In this document: positions 1 through 10,700 of the stretch, in pieces
Layout of the letters: each line of letters begins with the position of its first letter
Numbering within the stretch: position 1 is the stretch's first letter
Origin: Trypanosoma brucei
Lineage: Eukaryota
DNA: 64,000 nucleotides
Assembly: GCA_000002445.1 (NCBI GenBank)
Contig: CP000071.1
Coordinates: 352,001 to 416,000, forward strand
Reading direction: 5' to 3'
Notes under the pieces: generated by a model
The model's database searches: none
What the model saw: the letters and a program-made list of their open reading frames with translations, nothing else
Told to the model about the DNA's origin: nothing
Made by a program: the position numbers and the translations under genes

Positions 1-2324
1 CGTGGCGGTAGCGGCAAATCCTCTTTTGTTGAGGCAACACGAAACATAACGCACAACTGCTCTTCTGCCATATGTTGCCACGGCACTTCTCCTGTTGCAA
101 GTTCCATAGCCACACAACCAGCGGCCCACACATCGCTGGGCGCGCCTATCCGACTTTTGTCCAGACGGATCACCTCTGGGGCAACGTAAAGCGCAGTGCC
201 ACGGGGCTCCGCAGTTAGTTCATCATCAACCAACGTGGGATACATAACGGAATCTCCACCGCTTACGCAATTGCAGCTTCCACTCCCGTGAATCCCCGCG
301 GCCCCAGCCGTCGCGTCGCCACTCTCGGACATCGATGCCACCGGTGGTGTTGAGAGATTATGACGTGTTGGGTCGGAAGGGGCAATGGAACCAGAAAAAG
401 CAGCCGCATGCGGAGTGCCATCTAAAAGACCCGACGGCCACACAGCGTGACTATGCCCCACACAAGTATGCAGCGAGGTGGGACCCTGCCGTAAGCGCCC
501 GCAACATCCAAAGTCTGCGAGACGCACGTCACCATCCGCCGTGACAAGAATATTGGCAGTCTTCACATCTAAGTGCGCATAACCATTGGAATGAAGAAAA
601 TGAAGTGCCTCAACTGTTTGTCGCATAAACCGCTGAATCTCTCTGATGGGAAGCGCAAGTGGGTTGGACCAGGGGCGCTCGGCATTGGCGCGCTGCCTGC
701 AATCAGAAGAGTAAGGGGAAACTTGGGGAAGTGGAGGAAGAATTCCTCCATCAGTTTCTTCCCTCAAAGAACCTTCTACGGGTCGGTGATTACTCGTCCC
801 CCCTGCACCTTTTTCCACACACGACGACTGGCAGTACAAATCGTCCCTTCGATGGGGCAGTGGAGAACCACCCCGCTCACTGACGATCTCGGCGCCACAT
901 CTCGAAGTCAAACGCCGCGCTGCCGCGACGTGCTGCGTCAGGTAGTCAAGCAGCGAACCACGAGCACAGTACTCCATAAAGAGTAAAACGGAAGAACCAC
1001 GTCTCTCCACCCCACGGAATCCAACAATCCACGGCACGCGGCAACGATTCGCCAACCTCAGCACATCCAGTTCGAGTCGCAACTCGCCTACACGTTGCCG
1101 CACTTTCGGGTCATTATCGTCAAAAATAAGCTGTTTTACTGCCAAAACCTCACCTGTCTCGGGGTTACAGCACTGGAAAACTTTTCCCCACCTCCCTCTT
1201 CCGAGGAAGCGGCCTATCCGCATTTCACCATGACGCACGGTAGCACCTTGGATCCATGGTCCAGAGGGCGGATGGGCGGTGCCGGCTTTAGCTTCGACGT
1301 CATCAGTTTGCTTAGCAACCGAGGCGTGACCACATGAAAACGACGGGGGATTAAGCGGGGGCACAGTGGTGTACTGGTTTGTAGAGTAACTGCTCCTCAA
1401 CAGGTGTTGTGCTACTGCATCCGCGTGGAGGGCACCAGTTATTCCTGCTGCGCTGTTATCCCCTACTCTCACCACCAACTCGCAGTGTGTGTCCGAAGTT
1501 TCATCCATTACTTTTACATCCGCTTGTGCTACCGGTCGCTGCTGCGTCCCGCAACGTGTGTGCATTCCATCTGCCTCACTGGAAATCAAACGCGATCGCA
1601 GTAAAAGTAGTTGTGATGATGGAAAAGAAAATGTCCAACGATTTCTGAGGAAATTCAGGTTAGGGATCTCACATCTAACGAAGCGAGGCACAGCATCAAC
1701 AACCAATGACATGATCGCAACTGCTCTTGGCCACAACACGTCACTGAGGAGGTTCATACCTTGAGCTATCGCGTGGGCCATCAAGCCTTGACTGGCATTC
1801 TTGCGTTTGTTATGCCGCACCATTCCATTACGCCTTCCACCACGGCAGATGGGTGCGTGCATGTAGAGGATAGGAATGTGCGCGGAAGAAAACAAGGAAC
1901 TTGAGGGGCTAACTTCAACGCACAGAGGGGTGGTGCCCCGCGGTAACAGCACTGCCGACGACGTTGCGGTCACCACTCCCGACCCACCGGCGCATCGTGT
2001 GCCCTCATCGGTGCTGTCAATGTCCCACAACGTACTGGTGGTGGTGCTCTCTCCCGTCGCAACATTTATCTGGGTTGCGCCGAGTTTCACACGCCGTGGA
2101 GCATTACGATTGGCATGACCGAAAAGACCTGGTGCACCCTTCCACCGAGGCGAACTGGAACAAATGTAAGTGAAAAAGGCTGTGCATACGACCGCCGAGC
2201 CGACGGCAACGGGCAACAGTGAGTTTTGTGCGGCCAACCGAGTTCCCGTCGCGTAGACGAACTTCAGCAAGAAGGGGCCAGTTTGTCGCAACGTACACCC
2301 ACCCGCTGCGCTGTCCTCACTCAT
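1..2324 (-). CDS. Ser/Thr protein kinase, STE11/MAP3K-like, with long N-terminal extension and large kinase-domain inserts. The C-terminus is truncated by the left window edge.
   Basis: Hand translation of the minus strand gives an open frame from ATG at 2324 to position 1 with no stop. The track does not list it because the stop lies outside the window. It contains a Gly-loop LGRGRWGKVF, the lysine in LAVKQL, a catalytic loop HLDVKTANIL (STE-like HRDIKGANIL pattern but non-RD), DFG, GTALYVAPEV, and DVWAAGCVAMEL. Confidence 0.7.
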   Translation of the reverse strand, partial: MSEDSAAGGCTLRQTGPFLLKFVYATGTRLAAQNSLLPVAVGSAVVCTAFFTYICSSSPRWKGAPGLFGHANRNAPRRVKLGATQINVATGESTTTSTLWDIDSTDEGTRCAGGSGVVTATSSAVLLPRGTTPLCVEVSPSSSLFSSAHIPILYMHAPICRGGRRNGMVRHNKRKNASQGLMAHAIAQGMNLLSDVLWPRAVAIMSLVVDAVPRFVRCEIPNLNFLRNRWTFSFPSSQLLLLRSRLISSEADGMHTRCGTQQRPVAQADVKVMDETSDTHCELVVRVGDNSAAGITGALHADAVAQHLLRSSYSTNQYTTVPPLNPPSFSCGHASVAKQTDDVEAKAGTAHPPSGPWIQGATVRHGEMRIGRFLGRGRWGKVFQCCNPETGEVLAVKQLIFDDNDPKVRQRVGELRLELDVLRLANRCRVPWIVGFRGVERRGSSVLLFMEYCARGSLLDYLTQHVAAARRLTSRCGAEIVSERGGSPLPHRRDDLYCQSSCVEKGAGGTSNHRPVEGSLREETDGGILPPLPQVSPYSSDCRQRANAERPWSNPLALPIREIQRFMRQTVEALHFLHSNGYAHLDVKTANILVTADGDVRLADFGCCGRLRQGPTSLHTCVGHSHAVWPSGLLDGTPHAAAFSGSIAPSDPTRHNLSTPPVASMSESGDATAGAAGIHGSGSCNCVSGGDSVMYPTLVDDELTAEPRGTALYVAPEVIRLDKSRIGAPSDVWAAGCVAMELATGEVPWQHMAEEQLCVMFRVASTKEDLPLPP

Positions 2325-2398
2325 CCTTGACGAAGCGCAAGCAAAGCAGTAACGCACAGGCGTGAGATCTCACCTCTGTCGCAAACTCTTCCCCGTTA

Positions 2399-2408
2399 CT
2401 TATATACG

Positions 2409-2439
<31 letters not shown>
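2399..2439. repeat. (TA)n microsatellite, interrupted
   Basis: Direct reading: tatatacgtatatatataaatatatatatatatatatatt. Confidence 0.9.
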
Positions 2440-2814
2440 TCTGTTCCTCACTTGTTAGAAGAGCAACCTCCCAGCACACCCTGATTTGTTTCCGAATTCC
2501 CCTGATTTCTCCTCCCTTCCAGACCTGAACTTCAAAAAACACCAAAGCAGGAACCCTTTGCTTTCTTCTACGAAGTAACCCCGAGCTGCCTGTTTTTCAG
2601 TCCACTTCCTCTCTCCAACCAACAGACACAGCGGTGGGAAACAAGAGAGCCCTTTGCTTTTTTTTGGTATTTCGTGCAAGCACGAGCACCCAAAACGCAG
2701 CTCGCAAGCTGATGAATGAGTGAAAGGAAAGTGGGGACCTTTCCGCGCTTAGTCTGAGCCAACTATCCCCCTCCCTTTGGAGAATAAACCCGAGAATACA
2801 CACAGACGCAGACG

Positions 2815-2841
2815 AGCACACACACACACACACACACACAC
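2815..2841. repeat. (CA)n microsatellite
   Basis: Direct reading: cacacacacacacacacacacacg. Confidence 0.9.
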
Positions 2842-3679
2842 GTAAGGAATATTTGCGGAATGCACCAACAAAGGCCTAAAAGCCACCCTTACACACTTTC
2901 TGTGCACCGTCGCCCACCTTTCCCTGTATACCCTTTTCTCTCCTTTTTATTTGCAGCTGCCGTATATCCTCGTGTAGAAGTATGTTTTTTTTTTCTTTCT
3001 CCGTAAATGGGTAAACTGATGTGCAGTGCCTTCCACTTGAATCACCGTCTAAAACACAAAGCACGCACCGTTTGACTACTTTACAGCAATCTCACGGTGT
3101 AGTTTGGGCACGTCCCTTTCCCTTTTGCTTGGGCGTAAACACCAAACCTTCCCCAATTACTACAGCAATGATGTGGAAGGAAAGAAAAGGGGGAAAGCAT
3201 GAAAATTAACACAGCTACGGCGAGATGGAAATAAAACGACTAACAAAACAAGAGAGACAGGCGGTGTTAGCGCCCTTCGCAAGGCTCCCGGGGAAATTTC
3301 AACAGTAAAAAAAAAAAGAAGCACAAGAAACGTGCACAAAAAATGGGGAAGGCACCCAAAAATTATAAAGTGGCTGCATCACCGCTACTACTGCCTCACA
3401 CGCCAATAGCATCATACCTGACTTACTCTTGCCCGACGTGCTTTCGGTTATTCTTTCACTCTTCAGTTGGTCCAAGTGCACTCACTCGCCCCATCACCTC
3501 CACTTTGTTGCCCACCTTTTCACCCCTGTGGCCGCCTCTTTGTAAAAGAAAAAAGCAGACAAGCAAATGGGGGAAAGGCGCAAGTTCACATAATGGGATT
3601 CCGATGGCATGCGAGTCCAACTTGTCGCCCAAACGCGTCACGTCTTCTCTCTGTCAAGCGCCATATGACCCCTTGGTGC

Positions 3680-4252
3680 TTACTCGTCATCATCACCACC
3701 ACCGCTACCCTTCTTCGCAGCGTTCCTTTTCACACGCTTCACGCGACCTGGGCGACCATTGCCGAATGGCGACGCATCCGCAAAGGCGATGTGGTGCTCA
3801 GAGCTCACGCGCACGATAAAGGAAGGAATCGTAACGATTTGCTTAGCAACAGCAATGTGCCGCTGTTGGATAAGAACACGGGAGTGGTGAACTGACTTTG
3901 CGAGGCCATGCTTGAAGACGACCGTTTGAAGGCGGCGCTCGAGAATGTCGGGAACGGTGAGAGAAAGCACATAATCGAGTTTGTCCTTATCTTCGTCGAG
4001 GAAACCATATCCGTGGCAGCGGCGCATAATCGCAGAGCCCTCAAGAAGGCGGCGCGGGTGGTTCTCCGGAAGCGTCAGCAAAAGGCGAGCAGTGCGACGC
4101 ATCTTTGAGAGTGTCATGTTGACGCGCCAAATCTCGCGCTTGCAGCGCAGGCCGTACTGCCCGCAGAGCTTCATCTCACGGTCGAGACGCTCCTTCTCGA
4201 AGGGTCGCCGTGGGGCCTTCCACACGCGGTTGAAGTTGTTGTAGTTGCGCAT
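3680..4252 (-). CDS. RPS9: 40S ribosomal protein S9 (uS4 family)
   Basis: The 190-aa ORF begins [44 protein letters not shown], which is the characteristic eukaryotic RPS9 N-terminus with an S4-like RNA-binding domain. The ATG was verified at 4250-4252. Confidence 0.9.
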   Translation of the reverse strand: MRNYNNFNRVWKAPRRPFEKERLDREMKLCGQYGLRCKREIWRVNMTLSKMRRTARLLLTLPENHPRRLLEGSAIMRRCHGYGFLDEDKDKLDYVLSLTVPDILERRLQTVVFKHGLAKSVHHSRVLIQQRHIAVAKQIVTIPSFIVRVSSEHHIAFADASPFGNGRPGRVKRVKRNAAKKGSGGGDDDE

Positions 4253-4578
4253 GGGCGTGCCGATCTGTTACTCTGCAAATAATGCACGGACGCGATGATT
4301 GCCCTTTATTTTTGATTGTGGTTGTTATATTGTTGTTGTTATTGTTGTTTTAAGTTTGCGAGGCATCGGCGGCCACATTTGTTTGTTTGCGAACAAAAGG
4401 CACAGCGGTTCGCAACGAAGTGAGAAACACCAAGAAAAACAAAGGGAAAGGGACGGGGAGATAAAGGAGTTCCATGAGTTGCCTTCAAGTATATACCAGC
4501 AGGAATGACATAGAGAGAGAGAGCGGTGACGTCATTTGGGCATTATAACTATGAGTCGAAGGCGTGCAAACGGAAGGG

Positions 4579-4596
4579 CACACACACACACACACA
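4579..4596. repeat. (CA)n microsatellite
   Basis: Direct reading. Confidence 0.85.
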
Positions 4597-5126
4597 TGAG
4601 TGTGGCAGTGGCTATAGTATGAAAGACGGAGAGAAAAAAAAAGGAAATACCGCCGTCAAACAAACACCCACCACCGGCATCCCAGACTCCAAAAGCAGGG
4701 ATGAAATCACGGGGAGACCGAAGCAAAACAAACAAAAGAGGGATAAATTATGGGCACGAAGAGGGAGGGACGGAAAGCATCATGTTCACATAAAATCACG
4801 ACTCAAAACGCGCAAACAGACACATTTATAGATGATAAAGGGGACATATTGGCGGCACCACAAGGATGGAATTCCTGCCCGTGCGCAATAAAGTTTTGTA
4901 CAACCGAGAAGTTATGCGACACCATTCCCCTCTCATCACGCCTGCGCACACCGAAACATCAACCTTTCTCACTGCTTTCATTCTCTACGTCCTGTGTCAC
5001 TGCCCATCCCTTCTTTCAACGATTTCCTTTTTTTTTTCTTTCTCTACCTTTCCCACTTGTTTGTCCCTACCTCCTTTACACGAGGTTATGTACCCAATAC
5101 CTTCACTGATCAGCCTCTCCGGCGAG

Positions 5127-5498
5127 CTAAACTTTCCCCAGAAACTTCCTGTAGAAGAGGTATACGTCCAATACGAAGAGCAAAGTTAAGACAAGACCCT
5201 TGATAACCCACTCCTTGTACACACGCAGGCGAATATCTCGAATAATCCTACGCGCTTCGCGCAGTTCTCCTCGCGTTTCCCCCACGTGTTCCACAGAGTT
5301 TGTAATTGTTTCCTTTTGCCTACTTAGCTCTTGCATGGTGGCATATCCGGCCTCGTTCGTGGAGGTGTTTGTCCGCAACGCACGCAACAAATTCTCATTC
5401 GCCTCTCGCATCATTTGTTCGGTACTTTTAGTTTTAGCAACGCCACCTGTTGCCCCATCCCGTTTCGAGCCGTAAACTCCAACGCCGTCCCCGCTCAT
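5127..5498 (-). CDS. Small tail-anchored SNARE-like protein (Bet1/Sft1-like Q-SNARE candidate)
   Basis: The track ORF 5127..5540 starts at TTG, and the first in-frame ATG is at 5498 (MSGDGVGVYG...). The roughly 123-aa product has a heptad-patterned segment (TMQELSRQKETITNSVEHVGETRGELREARRIIRDIRLR) directly followed by a single C-terminal hydrophobic helix (WVIKGLVLTLLFVLDVYLFY) and a short basic tail. Confidence 0.4.
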   Translation of the reverse strand: MSGDGVGVYGSKRDGATGGVAKTKSTEQMMREANENLLRALRTNTSTNEAGYATMQELSRQKETITNSVEHVGETRGELREARRIIRDIRLRVYKEWVIKGLVLTLLFVLDVYLFYRKFLGKV

Positions 5499-7789
5499 TC
5501 GACTACACAACACGTAAACAAACAAACAAACAATTTCCAATGCTGGTGCTGGTGTTACCGTTTCCTTCCCTTCCCCTTTCTGGCAACGAGCTAGTGAAAT
5601 ATAAGAAGAAAATGAAAATGAAAATGAAAAAATAAATACAAAGGGACGCCAACATATTCACCAAAGTGGCAAATGCATTTCAGAAACAAAATAAAGAAAA
5701 GAGAAGGTGATCAGGAAATGAGGTGCCGCACGGATGGGTTTCCACACTCGTTTACTTGAACTGACCGTGTCATTTGCTTTTTTCTTTCTTTCCTTTTCCC
5801 CTTTCTTGCCTCTGACACCCTTTTTTTAACGGCATTTGCGGGATCATACGCTCCCACACCGTTATTTACGGGTGCGGCGGCAAGTTTCCCCATGCAAACA
5901 TTCATTTAGTCCTTCCGGTCACACATCAAAATACAAAAAGCCATAGCAAAACGCAAACATGCGCAGCACAGTCGCAATTGATACATATTAACGGAAGAAA
6001 AATAAAAAGAAAAAAAAATCGAATTGGGAAGCAGAAACGAAGAAGTATCGACCCTGCAGAATAGACAAAAATTACGAATATAGAAAAAACGAAAAAAACG
6101 AAAACAAGTAAAAAATGAAAGGGAATAGTGAAAAACAAGGTTCAACACGAATTTGAAACATCAGAAACGACACGAAACATATGACTTCAAGACACTGACA
6201 CTTCTATTCCAATTTTTCATGCAGCCCCTCTTCTCCCTTTCCTTGCTCACCTTCATACCCTCGCACATTTGCTTTTATTTATTTATTATTGTTATTTTTC
6301 TCGCTTCTAACCGCTTTATTTATTTATTTCCACTTTCGTTTTCACCTTATTTCGTTTGGGTGCTTGTTTCTTTTTTCTTTTTTTTTTTGATAACTGTCTG
6401 TTTTTTTTCCTTTTCCGAAGTCCAACATCAAATATATTCCACACCGTTACCCCCTTTTCCATCCCCCCGGTTGTCTGCACGTCAGTTGTTAATTCGCATT
6501 TTCTTCACTTGCATCAAATTGATTTAAAAGGCAAACGAAAAAAAAAAAATGACGGCACTCAGCTGCACGCACCTCAACAGCGAATGAAATAAGCGACGAT
6601 GAATATAATAATAGTAGTAATAAACAATATTATTATTACTGTTATATGGCCTTTTATAAATCGTGGAACTACTTTTATGATTAAAACGACGACTAGAAAA
6701 GCAGTAAAATCAATAAAAAGCGGCATTGAAATATCATTGTAGTTGCCACCCAAACACAACGTAACCACTCACGTAATATATTCGAAACCAGTGGAAGGAA
6801 GAAGAAGGGGGAAAAAACAAAGTAAACAAATATCTAATTGAAAAAAGTAGAAAAAGGTGATGCAAATGAAGGAACGATATTGAATATTTGTCATCGGTTA
6901 TTCAAAATATCTCATTTGATCTCTCTTTTTTATATTTTTTTTATATACTGCCTTTCGTGCTTTCAACGTGAGTAATTTAAACAATAAACAAAAAAGTAGA
7001 CGACTCTACCTAACCGTAACCACGCATAAAATCAAATATACATATATTGAAATCTTTGCATCTTATACATTTTTTTCATTAATTTTAACGCACCTTATGT
7101 TTTAAATATAAACAAGACAGATATAACCATTTGCTTCGATCACTTCACATATGATCGAATGGAGCGAGAAGCTAAACATGATGATAAAAAAAAAACAACG
7201 GAAAAAACTAAGTTATAATCATAAAGTTGGAAAATAAAATAATATGGAAGTACAAAAAGATGAGAATAGACCGCTTTTTTTTTTTCAATATACCGTACCT
7301 TATATAAATAAGTTGACATAAATATGTCCTCGATACTTTACTTTGGTATAACACAATATTGCCCATTGCGTTCACCAACTGCCTCCAACGTTGCACCTCC
7401 TCGCTTCACTTTAGTTCCCCTTCACCCCGCCTTTTGCTTCCAACATTGTCAATGCCCTTCATATTTTATTTATTACTTGATCACTCGTTCATCCCTGCGC
7501 GGGTGCTGAAGGAGGGAGTAGGAGACCACAAAAGGGCGAAAAAACAAAAAAATAAGGTAATAGTGTTGGAAAGTACTGATATGATTGTTTCTAACGCAGG
7601 CAATAGCAATCAGTATGCAACTCTGTTTATTAAATGTCGCTCACATCGCAGCTCTTCTTTTCGTTCAGATTTATAAACTTTTGACCGTTTGTCTGTTCCC
7701 TCTACGGCACTGACAAACAGTTCTGTCTTCGCATCCAATTACTCACACCGTAGAGTTGCTGTTTATTTCGTCGTAAGTGATCCCACTGT

Positions 7790-10700
7790 TTAACCAGAAT
7801 GGTCACCGTCACCTCCAAGCAGCGTACTAGATAAGGAGAAATTGTCCCGGCATGTCGATCTCCCCGTTGCATTGGCTGCAAGCGACTCTGAAGTTGGTAC
7901 CATCTCGCCGTACGGAGCTTGTGGAGGAATGGGAGAAGGAGACCCCTCCCGTACCGACCCGGAGGTGTGGTCACTGCTTAAGGGGGACGAGAATCCGGTT
8001 CGCTGTCGCGCGCGATCGCGGTTTAGATGCCCGCGACATGACCGTAGGGCTCGTCTGTGCAGCGGTGACTGCTGTTCAGAACCGATTCGCGGTAACGGTG
8101 ACTGCTGTTCAGAACGATACCTTAGGAGCGGGGACTGCTGTTCTGAATTGAATCGTGATGGCGCGGCGTGCGGGCTTCGCGCGACGCAGCTTATTGGTAA
8201 TCGCTCCTGTTTTGCACACCGAGGGAGCATGGTTCGGGGTAATCGGCGTCGCCTCCTGCCCTCCCGCCGCGCAAAAGCATCCTCCCGCCCATCTGCCTGC
8301 ACAGGTGGCACTGCGGACGGTCGCTCAGCTCGTGTCTCGGCATCAGCAGATCCCACAGCGGTAGCAACGGCTGCCGTGTCCTCCGACGGCACGCACTGAT
8401 CTAAACACCACAACGGACACAGTTTTAGCGCGCCCACTTTAGAAGTATCTCCACTGTTGCAACTGCCAGACTCTCCGAAGTTGGTGGTCCATTCTTTACA
8501 GCCACTTTCAGCGACGTGATCGTCATAATGGCATGAGTGCTCGCCGTGCGAAATAGATACGGTAGAGAAGAATGTAACAAACTGGTCTCTCGTGAGGTAA
8601 TCTGCTTGAGCATTTTTTACGCCGATGTTGTTCACAACACTTTTGAGTAACGCCACTTGGCACCTCAGGGACGACGCCCTCGACAATGCCCTGCTCAACA
8701 CCCCCAAGGACTCTGACAAACTACAACACTCCGCCGATCCAAGAAGGTGTTGCCCCACGTCGCGTATTAGACAAAATATAATTTGCTGCTCTTGACGTGT
8801 TGGCGGATCCAGCATGCATCGACCAATGTGATTAAAAGTAACGGCAAATTGATCAAATGTCAGTTTCCCATCGTGCGTGTTGTTGAGTGCCTTAAAGTGT
8901 TGCAGGGTTGATCGGATGGTATCACAGGCAAACCTCTCGTGCAAATGCAGCAAGACAGGATATACTCTCATGCAATCCAAGTCGCTCATAGTGGCACTTA
9001 CGGATTGTCGGCTCCACAACACGGATGACGAGTGCGTTGAAGATTCCTCATCTGAGTCCACAGCCATTTCGACATGCGCCGGCGTATAAGAAGCTAGCGC
9101 TGTACTGCTAGCTGAGTTTGCTGGAGTCCAATCGTCGCAGTACTCTCCTGCTTTGGATACCGGGGAAGGCATGGGAATGACAGCGTCTGCGGACACACCG
9201 CTAGGCTCGTCACACAACACTGTTGTTCCGGCTGCTGGCTTCTCATCAGAGCCTCTCTGGGGGAAAAAATCGATGTCAAACGACCCGGTGAGGTCCAAAA
9301 CCACAGATTCATCAGAATCCTCGACACCGACACTATCAACAACGTCAACGATGTCACCCACTGCCGCATGTCCACACGCATCCTTGTCAAAGATTTGAAA
9401 TAGAGTGAATATAGTGTTGTCCTCCATCATCCCACCGGCACGTGAAATGGAGCGGAGCGCTGAAACCAGAGAGTTGAAACTCAACCTTATTTTCCGCCAA
9501 GAGTCATCCCTCTGGTTGCCTCCTCCGCAACATCCGCCCGACGGTAGGACGGAAGATCCCCCCATTGTATTCGGGATTCCCCTACATCCGTCACCTGTTC
9601 TTTCAGCCAAATTCAACATTAAACCACTGGGGGAGAGAGTTACTCCGCTCCCGATGAATTTGCCATTATCATCTGTGATCGGCTGCTCTTCGGCAAAATG
9701 GTCCGTTGTAATGCATGACAAGAGGTCACCAGGCATGTCAACATCACGAAAAACGTGACGCAGCAACGCCGTTTGGAAACGAGCTGAGAACAGTGACGTG
9801 AAGCATGGGTTGAACCTGCGAAGAAAGGTCACATACCGTATATATGGCGATCCCTCTTCATAAGACGACCCAACAAGGTACGGAGCTAGAAAGTACCACG
9901 GTATGTCCATGTTTAGGACCTTCCGCATGATATCACACCATTCGACCTTGTGGATGGTGCCATTCTTCCCACTATCCGCTCTGACAAATGAGGAAAGTAA
10001 GGAGTACCGGCTGCTATAGATAATTCCGACGAGGACATCAAGCATGCGTGCCCTTGCCAGCATCCGCTCCCTTGTATCGTCCACGCACCGCACCAACTCA
10101 ATTGGTGAATGGACTGGGCCAGCCTTTCTGGAACTATCAACAGTCTTGGCGCGTGGACTCTCATGATGTGAGGGAGATTCCCCATCCTTAACACTCGAAA
10201 CTCCCCCCATGGCTTTGGTGTCGCCGGAACCGTTGCCGTCTTGCCCAACCGGCGACTCTTCAGCATCCACACCGCGTGAAAAGTCGGTGAGTCCCTCCAG
10301 CAGATCACTCATAACAACGTCCCTCACCACCGTTTCGGCATCTCGCAAAAACCATGTGTGAAAGGTCGGCTGCACAGAACCCTTTTCCAACACTGCGATG
10401 GCTCCACGATTGTTGGAAACACCAGTGTAGTTTGATGCGCTAAAAACCGTACAGTTACTACGCCCATGAACAAACTGAAACCCTGCCTGCACCATCTGAT
10501 GGGAACGGACAACGAGTTTCAGTTTATTTAACCGCAGAAAATTCTCAGTGATGGGTTCAAGATACTCCACACCAACGCCCCGCACGCTGCTCCGCCAATT
10601 CGCACCTTGATGCCTCACCCCTATCCTACGGGAAAGATAAGTATCCACAGGATCATTCCACAGGAGCTCTGAGGCCAACCGCTCGCCGTCTGTTCGCGGC

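Noticed and set aside
7842-8399. Plus-strand 185-aa ORF
   Set aside because: It is antisense to the C-terminal part of the PPP phosphatase CDS. It is a GC-rich shadow ORF.
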